Positions 45,602-55,956 of a stretch of 64,000 nucleotides of DNA are shown here, one piece after another. The notes under the pieces were generated by a model. It worked only from the letters and a program-made list of their open reading frames with translations, was not told where the DNA came from and did no database searches. The position numbers were made by a program, and so were the translations under genes. The stretch is from the human T2T-CHM13v2.0 reference genome, Homo sapiens, in assembly GCF_009914755.1 (NCBI RefSeq), contig NC_060938.1; one strand, 5' to 3'. How positions within the stretch are numbered: the first letter of the stretch is position 1; each line of letters opens with the position of its first letter.

Positions 45602-46309
45602 TAGATGAACGATTGAAGAAGGCTGGAGCAATGGGTTCCCACAATAGCAAGACTGCATTTTGAAGGCATGAAATTATTAAAGCTCAAAGACTGAAGTACA
45701 AAGTGAAATTCTGACTCATGATAAAGTGTATTTATGGCCTTGGCAATACATCTTAGCAATTATTCAAAAGAAAACAATTAAATTTCCTAAATGTTCTTCT
45801 GGCTGCAAACTCAGTGACTATCAGAGGGAGACATAAACTTCTGCTAACAGATAAATCTTCCTAACAGGTTGGATACACAACAGCACTGCCTCCTTACTCT
45901 TTCTATTCTGCGACCTAGGGACCTTTTCAGGTCTCTGGAATGTAATAATTTGAGTTATAGAAACTATCTGCTGGTTAAAAAAAAAAGAAACACATAATAC
46001 TACAAAACACTGCCATTAAACAGGCAGTTGGGGAAAATAAACAATTCTTTCATCACCTTTAACCAAAAGGCTTAACAAGTTTTACGATTACCACTTAATT
46101 CTCAATACCACTTTCCGGGAGATATGATTCAGGCCCATGTCCTTGTTATTAAATAAGGCTTGCAACAGAATGAAATCCAACAGGTGTATGACTTTCAAGG
46201 CACGCAGCTGAGGAGCTTGGCCCTCAGTGCGAGAAAGCAGCGTGGGGACAAGAGGAACATAGCTTTCAGAAACAGCAGGCTATAGGCTTAGATTTTTTTT
46301 TATTAGATT

Positions 46310-46628
46310 TTTGGTTTTCTGTGTGTTTGTCTGTTTTTTTGAGTTGGAGTCTCGCTCTGTTGCCCAGGCTGGAGTATGCAGTGAAGTGGCGAGATCTCAG
46401 CTCACTGCAACCTCCGCCTCCTGGGTTACAGCAATTCTCCTGCCTCAGTCTCCAAGCAGCTGGGATTACAGGTGCCCGCTACCACGTCCGGCTAATTTTT
46501 TGTATTTTTAGTAGAGATGGGGTTTCGCCATGTTGGCCAGGCTGGTCTTGAACTCCTGACCTTAGGTGATCTGCCCGCCTTGGCCTTCCAAAGTGCTGGG
46601 ATTACAGATGTGAGCCACCACGTCCAGC
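46310..46628 (-). mobile_element. AluS
   Basis: Reverse dimer; TSD TATTAGAT. Confidence 0.88.
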
Positions 46629-47891
46629 TATTAGATCTCTGGATTGAACTTTTGTCATTTTAATTTACAAAGCCCAAAAATCATCTGTGTATCTAGTATA
46701 TATGCAGAGCCAGCAAAGATAACTGGGATAGTTGATTTTCTACAGGACTTGTTGGTGATGCTATGATTCAGCAGGAAAACAGAAATTGCATGTGAAGGCA
46801 ACAAAACTTAGAGACACAAGTGCTAATGTCTATCAACATATTATATTAGAAAAAAACATAATTTGGAGACCAAAATGTCTGAGAACTGTTATCCTAGGGT
46901 TAATGTATGCTTCAAATGAATTCATGTATACACACAAAAATTTAACAAAAAAGTACAATCTATGCAAGATGATAACATTTGGGGGTAAATATTTATGAGC
47001 AGAGAAAGTACACACAGATTTCTTACAACGCTGCAGCCTTTATATGAAGAAATTCTTCAATTATATACAAACTTCGGCAGACATCAATTTGGATTTTTCC
47101 AAAATCCAGAAAGGGGAAAATAGATGTGGAAAAATCTGAGGAAAATCAAAAAGAACTCAAGTACTCAGCGACGTTTAAGACCAGAACCCAGGACTACACC
47201 TCCACCCAAATTCCAGGACAAAACTGGGTTGTCATGGCATCTGGGCTTTTCATAAATGCTCACCTATCTCCCACGGTCTATTCTAGACTGAACTAACCAG
47301 ATCTACAGCATGCCCTTTCTCTTCAGTGACCCAGTGACTCAGGGCAGGTGAAGGGAGCAGGACTTGTGTGACACAGTGGAGGCTGGCCTGCCTTCCTGTC
47401 TCCAAGATGTGGGCGGCAGGGATGAGCAAAGCCTCGGCCAAAGAAGTATTAATAAACCAGCTGCCTTGTCAGATAGAGGTAGTCGAAATCCAACAAGCAT
47501 TTCTATCTCCACAATAGGGACTAGAAAAATTCTGAGGGCTGCATTTTGCTTCAGTTTCTTATACATTACATTATTTTTGGTGTTATCAGGGAATCCAGGT
47601 AGTTCCAGGGTTGCAGTGATGCTCTAAAACTACTAGATGATAGCTCAGTGCATCACAGAGGAAGCTTTCAGGTTCCAGCTCAGGTCAATAGAATCTGCTA
47701 TTTTAGCTTAGGAATGCGTGGTGGTTCGGCCCCTTGTACAATCCAAGCAGCCATTTTGCCCTTAATATGACATTTGCAGAATGTTCTGGCCAGCTCAGAT
47801 AGACACTTCTGTACCACACGTTCTCATGCAAACACACCCTCTCATTTTCTAAGAACAAACAAGAATGCAGCACTGAGCATAAAATGAACAG

Positions 47892-48030
47892 GGCCAGTGC
47901 GGCGGCTCACACCTGTAACCCTAGCACTTTGGGAGGGCAAGGCGGGAGGAGTATTCGAGACCAGGTGTTGGAGACCAGTCTGGGCAACCTACTGAGACCT
48001 CATCTTTTTAAAAAATAATTTTTTAAAAAA
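47892..48030 (+). mobile_element. FLAM_C-like Alu monomer
   Basis: ggccagtgcggcggctcacacctgtaaccctagcactttgggagg. Confidence 0.78.
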
Positions 48031-49113
48031 GTAAAGGTACAGAAACACTGACATGTGGAGTGCTCAGATAAAGCATCACCTTCAGTTCAATAATCTGAAC
48101 TCTAGTTCTTCATTTGGGGCTGATAAACGGAAGAAGCTATCTCAGATATGTGGAGGTTTACACGATGAATTCAATGGCGAATTTGTTTTTGGAGAAGTGG
48201 ATAGAAAACAGGAGTTCTACCAAATATAGTAAAGCCTTATCTATAAATAAACACAAGGAAGAAAAACATTTTTAGGATGCCTGAGTCAGCATGTTTACAC
48301 GGCATGATTATTTAGTTTGGGGTTTAACCAATCCTGTGACTCAAATCCCAGGATTCTCAGAAGTTCCTGAGTACTTCCCACCCTCACCTCTTCACTAATG
48401 TTCACGAGGCAGGAAGCCATCACATGCTAAGACAGGCCATTTACTCAAAACACCCAAAACATCTGGTCATAGATGCAGACTGATGACAACTGTTTATTTA
48501 AGATGTATATTTTGTCATGTTTTCATCATAGGACTAAAGAGGAATCTCAAAACCAAAATGCCAAACTTTATGCAAAAGTCTGATACTTTGGACGAAGTAT
48601 TTTGAATACTGTTTTCTTTGCTTCTTAAGATCACTGATGTTTGGTGCTAAGTATTTCACTATATTTTGGGTTGTTTTATTAAAAATTTAAATTTAGATGT
48701 ATTGTTTCAATTTCTTTGGTTCAGATACATGATCTGTTTCCTGCCCTTGCTCATGCTATCAAAATAGCTCCTTGAAAGAGCACCAACATGCTTTTCCATA
48801 TCCTTAGCATTTCACACACTGTATGTTCTTATCATATTCTACAAAAACACGGCAACTTCACTATGATTTAGCAAAACACAGGCTTTGTACTCTTCCTTCT
48901 CAAGGATTACTCTTAATCTTTAATGGCAGCTGCATTCTCAACTTAATACAACGTTCAACAAATAGAAAAGACAACTGCTTCTGAGCCCAATATTATACAT
49001 TAGGTAAGGAACACGATACTCCTCATTACTGTTCTGTCTCAGGATATAAGTTTGCAAATTCTTCTCCTGATCTCAGTCAACATAAAAGCAGAATTACAGT
49101 TTAGAGTGGGCAA

Positions 49114-49515
49114 TGAGAAAGGTGGAATCAAAATAGACACAGGGAAGGCCATAAAGAGTTCGCAAGCATAAATGCCTGATAGCAAAAACGATCACAGAAG
49201 ATTCCAAAACCACAATCCTGCACAAAGGCCATCTCAATCTTACACAAAAAATACTTCTGCAATGCCTGCCGAGCACCTGCCTGTCCAACCTGGGACTGGT
49301 GTCACCTTTGTTACTGATCCTTGTAGTCAAAAATAATTATCTCAAAACAATTATGTAACCCTCCTCATTTTTCCTTTAAAGACCTTTGTCTTCCTCTATC
49401 TCCCAGGATACACACAGTTAACTATCGCATGCATTTTCTCATTGCAGTGCTCTATTCCTGAATAAATGCCATTTTCTTTTAGAGAGCCTCTCTCTGTTCG
49501 TTATTTAAGTTGACA
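49114..49515 (+). mobile_element. Solo LTR, ERV1 class (MER4-group-like; exact family uncertain)
   Basis: TG...CA termini, 4-bp TSD GCAA (49110-13 and 49516-19), AATAAA at 49461-49466, 402 bp. Confidence 0.85.
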
Positions 49516-50047
49516 GCAACAAACAGTTTAGGTTTTTGGCAACAAATCACCAATATTTACTTAAAAACAAACAAAACACTTACAACACAGGTAGGAACAA
49601 CAGGTTATTTTGGAAAGAGTTTAATATATTCTCTATTGTTAAGTGCACCAGATGCTGGACTTCTGAAACAACAATTATGCTTCTGCATAATAGCTTTTTC
49701 TACATATTTCTGTTCATGTTGCTTGTTCCTCTGATTTACCTGGAATCAATGAATCTGAAAAACAAAAAGATTCTTTAAGCACCTGGTAAATTTCAGGTCC
49801 CACATTAGAAAATGAGCAATCATCAATAATATTGATGGGGGTGAAAATATGACATTGAGACTTTCGGGTAATGTGCCGAGTTTACTTTCATAGTTTACTA
49901 GGCTCAGGTTTCATGCCGAAGGATTATTTGAAAGACTCACTCACTGACATGATTTTCTGATTTTAAATTCGAACACTCTCAAAGCATAAACAGATCACCT
50001 CCAGCAACATTGTAAAAAAATACTCAAAGTTTAAAAAAAAAAAAGTA

Positions 50048-50322
50048 ACTTGTGGCAGTACTTAGTGTTCAACAGAAAACACTCCATCTGCTAAACAATA
50101 TCTCGACTGCAAAGCTTCTCTTACTGTTGGCGGATAGATAATGACATAGCCCAGTCATTATCACCGTGGCAACAGTGACCAGAAACTATCAGAGGAAAAT
50201 TGCACATGGAACAGCTGGCTCTCGAGCAGGCATGCCTCAGCTTCCTCTGGAGTATGCTTTTTCTGCAAGTCTGGTGTGCTCGAGGGTACCACCAACCCTG
50301 TGCGGCTCCAAGACTACAGATT
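50048..50322 (-). ncRNA. SCARNA13: Small Cajal body-specific RNA 13 (U93), tandem H/ACA domains
   Basis: Minus strand reads AATCTGTAGTCTTGGAGCCGC...CTAAGTACTGCCACAAGT (275 nt). ACA sits 3 nt from the 3' end; ANANNA H-boxes (AGAAAA, AGAGAA) follow hairpins. Visible stems include CAGAGGAA/TTCCTCTG, CTGTTG/CAACAG and GATAATGAC/GTCATTATC. It lies between a GT donor (50385) and an AG acceptor (49755). Confidence 0.93.
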
Positions 50323-50793
50323 ATGTAGCAAGTCCACTGGTCCTGCTCTTCCGGATTTATTCTTCCCGCCAATAGGAGCACTTACCACGTTCCAAGCATC
50401 GTCCTAGGCACTGAGGATACAGCAGTGAATAAAACTGAGTGCTGGGTAGGAAGTCAATAACCAAGCTAGTAAATAACTGTATATTGTCAAGCACTGGTAA
50501 GTACAAGGGAGAGCAGAGCAAGCAATGGGCCTGATGAGGCTTGCTTTGTCTCCTCTGCACTCCCACACTGCTTTGTATCTGCTTCTCATTTCTCACGATG
50601 GGTCCAAGCTTTGGGCACCAGGTCTCCCTGGACATTCCGCGCTGGCACTGCGCCTAGCACCCAGCGGCTGCTCAGGAAACGTTTGTCGAACGAACGAATT
50701 CACTTCTTAGTTCCCCATTCAACAAACCTTTCCTGATCCTAGGCCCAACAGGTTAAAAGGCTGGAGGGCCAACGAGGCTGGAAACTCAGAGGC

Positions 50794-50960
50794 GGCCGGG
50801 GGCGGTGGCTCACGCCTGTAATCCCAGCACTTTAAGAGGCCGAGGCAGGAGGATCCCTTGAAGCCAGGAGTTCGAGACCAGCCTGGGCAAAAAAGTGAGA
50901 CATCGACCCCCCGCCCCCGCCGCCAATTCCGTCTCTACAAAAAGGAAGAAAAAAAAAAAA
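50794..50960 (+). mobile_element. FLAM_C-like Alu monomer within SNHG10 / CpG-island edge
   Basis: ggccgggggcggtggctcacgcctgtaatcccagcac...ttcgagaccagcctgggcaa plus A-tail. Confidence 0.87.
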
Positions 50961-51781
50961 ACCCAGAGGAAATCACACAGGCAAAAGCGCTTTACAAATT
51001 TTAAAAATGAAAACTGTTCTAGAGAAATAATCGCGCGCCGGAGGCGGAAGCCCCAGAGCCTCAGCTCCCACGTGGCGGCGGAGCCAGGGAAAGTCCAGGA
51101 GCCAAGGCTACGGCCCGAGCGCTGGAACCCCGGTCAGGCTCCGGCTCCCCGCCACGACGAACTGCATGCGGCCGCGGCGCTCCGGAGGCGCCCGGGGACG
51201 CTCACCTAAGCTGGGAGAGGCGGATACCCGCCCGGCCTAGCCCCGCTACCTCCCAAGAGACCAACACGACAAGCGCGCGCCCACCGCATTGCCATGGCAA
51301 TTCAACCGCCGCTGACACCGGAACCGGAAACTTCATCAGGAGGTGACCCCTTCCCGGCGTTCCGCGGAACGGGCGAGTCCCGCGCCTCTCCCAGTTGTCT
51401 CGGCGTAGTCCAGCTGGCCTCATTGGCTCACAGGAGGAAAGTCGTCTTCCCTCTTGTTTTGCCTCTCGTTGCCCTGCAAGCGTGACCCTGATGGACATCC
51501 AGTCTCTCCAATTAACTAACAAAGCGGTTGCCGACGACCAATAGTAAGGCAGTAGGATGAGGCTCCGGCATAAGGCCCACCTCCTACCTGCCGGGCGGGA
51601 CGAGCAACATGATTGGTGGAATCGAGTAATTACTGATCAGTATTGTCCAATCACGGAGGGCAGTTTAGAGCCGGCCCAATGAGGGCCTCCAGGGGGCGGG
51701 TCGGACTGCCGCGGGCCGGGGAGCGCTCTGGGTGGCCAGCTGTGGGCCCGGGCCGTCGTGGGCTCCGGCTTGCGTGCGGAG

Positions 51782-52076
51782 ATGAGCGGGTCCCTCGGCC
51801 GAGCTGCGGCGGCTCTGCTCCGCTGGGGGCGCGGCGCGGGCGGCGGTGGCCTTTGGGGTCCGGGCGTGCGGGCGGCGGGCTCGGGCGCGGGCGGCGGCGG
51901 CTCGGCGGAGCAGTTGGACGCGCTGGTGAAGAAGGACAAGGTGGTGGTCTTCCTCAAGGGGACGCCGGAGCAGCCCCAGTGCGGCTTCAGCAACGCCGTG
52001 GTGCAGATCCTGCGGCTGCACGGCGTCCGCGATTACGCGGCCTACAACGTGCTGGACGACCCGGAGCTCCGACAAG
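51782..52076 (+). CDS. GLRX5: Glutaredoxin-5, mitochondrial: coding exon 1 (codons 1-98 plus 1 nt)
   Basis: ATG at 51782 gives [18 protein letters not shown] (Arg/Ala/Gly transit peptide) ... [40 protein letters not shown], with the monothiol CGFS motif. Donor CAAG|GTCAGG at 52076/52077; 295 coding nt. Confidence 0.99.
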
Positions 52077-55000
52077 GTCAGGCCAGTGTGCCGGGCAGGC
52101 GCCCTCCGCCCCGGGCCCAGGAGCATCGCTGCACGAGGCCGAGGGGTTCCGCCGCGCCGGGCTGGGGAGCGGGGCTCCATCCGCCGGGGTCTGTCTGAAG
52201 GTTCGAGCCGGGTTAGGGCGAGGAGTACTGCCCTGGAGTAGAGTCTGGGCTGAGGGTGTAGTTGATTTCACTGGGTCTTGAGGATCTGGGGCTCTGTACT
52301 GTTGCCAACTTGAGCAGTAGGTAAAGTCCTAAAGGTTCACTTATCCTCACTTCGAGCTAATATAGGCGTTTCGGGGCGATTTGTCAATGACTGACTCGGA
52401 GGAGGGTGGCCCGCTGCCTGACTGCTCTGCACGGTTAGGAAACTCATAGTAAGGACCCACTGTGAGATAGGTACTTTCGCGGACACTTTGGGGAGGTTGG
52501 AAGCCATTGGCCTACTCGTGGGTAAGGTCTAGGGCTGTCGATGGTGGGGAGAGGGCTGAGGTTGCCCTTGAGGCTAGTGAGGTCGGAGGCTGATCTCGCT
52601 TGGCTCACGGCTCAGGGTGTCAAGCATCATCCTCTGTGGTTGCTACAAGCAAAGGGTTGGGACAGCTGTCGGCTGACCTTAGTCGGGATCTATGTTGTCG
52701 GGGAAGAGTCATGACATTTGGCTTTAGATACTCAAGCACAGGGCTGAATTTATGTGGGCCAGGGCTTGGAGAGGTTTGTGGGGAAAAGAAGCAGCCCTGG
52801 CTCCTGGGCCCTGGGCTAACTCACTGGCTCAGCCTTGGAGCCCAGGGGGCCAGGGCACCAGGGGCCAGATGGATTAGGCCGGGAGAGGGAAGGCTGCAGC
52901 TAATAAGCATCTTTTCCAAGTACTCCACGTGCATTCGCCAGTCTTATCTGAGTAGGGGAGGAGGAAGAGGCCAGGCACAAGGGCCTGCTCCTTGGCCAGG
53001 ATGGTCAGGGTTGGTGGAAAACTGGGAAGGCTGTACCTTTTCCTTCTAGAGAGTGACTTAGGATACCTGCATCCCAGTTAGAGACTTTCAGTGACTGAGT
53101 CCCTGCATGTCCCTAGCTAAAAAGAGGTGCCAGTTGTGTGCTAAAAATAGGTGCCAGGTTCTCTGTTACTCTAAATTCGAAATTACTAATCATAGTCATT
53201 GCTTACAATGATGAGACAGGCTGGTGTTTGGAAAAGCTTTGGGTTGACATCCTCTTCTGTGGCTAATCAGGTGTAAAACTTAAGTCACTCACCTGCATTT
53301 GAGGATAATGAGACAATTTGGCAAAGTTTGTGTTAGGAAGCCAAAGTAAAAATTATAGAAAGTGTGTATTATTTTACCTGGCACAGAAAGCACCCGGTAA
53401 ATGGTAGCTGGCTTCGTATTAGCACTTGATGGTTTTCAAATGTATTTTTTCCCAGATTATCTAGTCCTTAAAGACTCTTGGGGATAACTGATCCTCCATT
53501 TGCTGTAGGTGATAGTGGTGGTGGGTGGGACCTAGAAAGCATGTTGAGTTGAGGAGTCGAGAGGGCAGGTTCAAATTACCACGTATATGTAATATTACCA
53601 TGTGTTATTCTCATGACCCTTTTGTCTTCCTTGTCAACTAGTATGCCACCAGTTACTGGGCTCAGTTTTATCATGTGCAAGGCAAGGGACCTGCAGTCTT
53701 CCTTCGAAGACAGCTTCTCTGCTTAAAAGAGGAGTAACTATTTTGCAGTCTTTTGACAGAGACCTTGCAGGGAGTCCCCTGCAAATTGCCAATATGGCAC
53801 TAGTAAAAAAGTGGTGTTGTTATCTCGCTTAGTATCATGTTTCGAGGGTCTTTGGTTTGTGAATTTATTTTCTCTTGTTTAATATAACTGGAAATGAGAT
53901 ATGCTGGAATATAGCTAGTAAACGGAAAGTAGGAGCAAAAATACGAATATGTACTGATAACATTTTATTTTTCTGTCTTTTATCCACGTCTGGTGTCTGG
54001 TTTCTGAGCTTACTTTCTTAAGTTTTCAAACAGCAGCGACAGGAATTTAACCCTTACATTCCTTGACCACTGAGTTTCATCAGATTGCTATTTTGGTTAA
54101 TAAACGCGTTGCATATATATTGAATATAACATACCTCTTTTATTGATTAGAAAAGTAAAGATTAGTAAGTATTAACATTTGGACTGGGCAGGGTGGTAAA
54201 AGCACGTTCCCCAAATGGGGATTAGTTCAGCCAGGGTATTAAGACTCTTCCCCTCTTCCCTATACAGCTTTATTTACCAAGAGCAACTAACGGGCTGTCC
54301 GATGCTTGCTTTTGCCAGCCGAAACTATGTTTGTACACCAGATCCAAGGTCATTTCTAGTAATAGGAACGGAGCTCTTGCAAAACTGGCCTTTTGTTGGT
54401 TCTTATGCCAAGGAGACCTGAACTTTACAAAGTGCCTAAACCGGAGGAAAACATTCTTTCCTAGTTTTGAGTACTGGGTTCCCAGGAGTGTGATACAGAC
54501 ACATCTTGAGACTGTGACCCAAGGAACAAAGGTGACTATGAGGCAGCATTGTGTTCTGGCCTTCTCAAGACCTTCTTGTCCTTCTCTTTTTATCTGGAGT
54601 GCACACAGAAGACAGTCACAAAGGGATCAGGTCCCAGTAGACTGACATCATCATTTCCTAATCCTGGTCTTAATAAAGGAACTTATGCTCATGGAAGCAA
54701 CGTAGAAAACACTGAAAAGTTTAAAGAAGGAAAATCACCTGTAATTTATGGAAACTATTGTATTAACATTTAGATCTAGTTCCTAACAGTTTTTTTTTTT
54801 AACACATTGAGACCATGCTTGTTTATACATAGTATTTTGCCCTCCAGAGACGAGGGAATATGTCTTATGCCACTGCCTGTGGTGCTGTGTGTACCGCTTA
54901 TGCAAAGCAAGCTTTCAGTGAGCATTTTAATAAATAAATAAATACTGCTTTTATTTATCATTATATTGCAAACTCTGCGGCCTTAAAGGCATTATAAACA

Positions 55001-55365
55001 TTTGCTGCCGATTTAGATCATCATTGTAGTCCTTGCATCTGGAACAGTGACAGAATAGGGACTCAAATGATTTGTTGAATAAATAACCATATCCTGTTGT
55101 TGAATGTTTATTAAGCATTTGAAAATACGCTCCACCTTTTCAGTATCAGGGAATTGAAGACAGTAGTGAAACATGTCATGCTGGTGAACCTTAAAAGTTG
55201 GATAACAAGTTGTGTGTATGTGCTTGTGTGGTGCACATGTATGCTGCAGATGGGAGTATAAAATGGTACCAACACTTTGGAGGAGTAACTATCAGTACCC
55301 AGTCAAGCTACGGGTGAACAGAGCCTAAGACCCAGCTGCGTGACTCCTAGGTATATATTCTAGAG

Positions 55366-55604
55366 AGGGGGATCTGCAAACTTACCCTAGTAAAGGGCCA
55401 GAGACTAAGTACGTCAGGCTTTGTGGGCTGTGTGGTTTTTGTTGCATCTATTCAACTCTGCTGTTATATAGCCTGAAGTCAGTCATGGGCAATATGTAGA
55501 TGAATGAGCAGGCTGAGTTTCAATAAAACTTTATTTATGAAAATACAGCTTTAATTACGAAGTAGACTGGATTTGGCCTGAAGACCATAGTTTATCTGTC
55601 CCTG
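55366..55604. mobile_element. MER58A
   Basis: gtaaagggccaga...caataaaactttatttatgaaaa; flanked by a CTAGAG-containing Charlie-type target site. Confidence 0.8.
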
Positions 55605-55639
55605 GCCTAGAGACTGACTTCTGCATGTGTGTGTTAGGA

Positions 55640-55956
55640 CATGGGTCCCCAACCCCCAGGCCAGGGATCGAGGACTTACAGCAGGAGGTAAGCGGTGGGT
55701 AAGTGAGCTTTACCGCCTGAGCTCCGCCTCCTGCCACATCAGTGACGACATTAGGTTCTCATAGGAGCACAAACTCTATTGTGAACTGCACATGTGAGGA
55801 ATCTAGGTTGTGCGTTCCTTACGAGAATGTAACTAATGCCTGATGATGTGAGGTGGAACCGTTTCATCCCGAAGCTATCCCCACCCTTCCCTGGTCCGTG
55901 GAAAAATTGTCTTCCACAAAACCAGTCCCTGGTGCCAAAAAGGTTGGGGACCTCTG
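55640..55956. mobile_element. MER1B hAT-Charlie element
   Basis: TIRs catgggtccccaacc / ggttggggacctctg; perfect 8-bp TSD TGTTAGGA (55632-39 and 55957-64). Confidence 0.9.

Larger units (their letters stand above)
49604..51564 (-). ncRNA. SNHG10: Small nucleolar RNA host gene 10 (lncRNA), ends approximate
   Basis: Minus-strand donors CTTAG|GTGAG (51206/51205) and CGTG|GTAAGT (50386/50385). Acceptors tatcctcag| (50411/50410) and tctttttgtttttcag| (49755/49754); ATTAAA at 49625-49620. Hosts the scaRNA and is divergent from GLRX5. Name from known locus organisation. Confidence 0.85.
50780..52260. promoter_or_regulatory. CpG island / bidirectional promoter shared by SNHG10 (-) and GLRX5 (+)
   Basis: Dense CpG. 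CCAAT/ATTGG at 51422, 51508, 51538, 51612, 51647 and 51676; GC box GGGGCGGG at 51693-51700; tandem ETS CCGGAA at 51318-51329; no obvious TATA. Confidence 0.9.

Noticed and set aside
51202-51522. 106-aa minus-strand ORF in SNHG10 exon 1 as a micropeptide
   Set aside because: Non-ATG start, runs across the splice donor, no recognisable homology.
51758-51781. In-frame GTG giving an 8-aa N-terminal extension of GLRX5
   Set aside because: The ORF caller used a near-cognate start. The ATG at 51782 gives the known 157-aa protein; Ribo-seq would be needed to support the extension.
51637-52281. 212-aa (+) and 171-aa (-) ORFs overlapping GLRX5 exon 1
   Set aside because: Alternative frames or antisense shadow of a GC-rich coding exon; no independent evidence.
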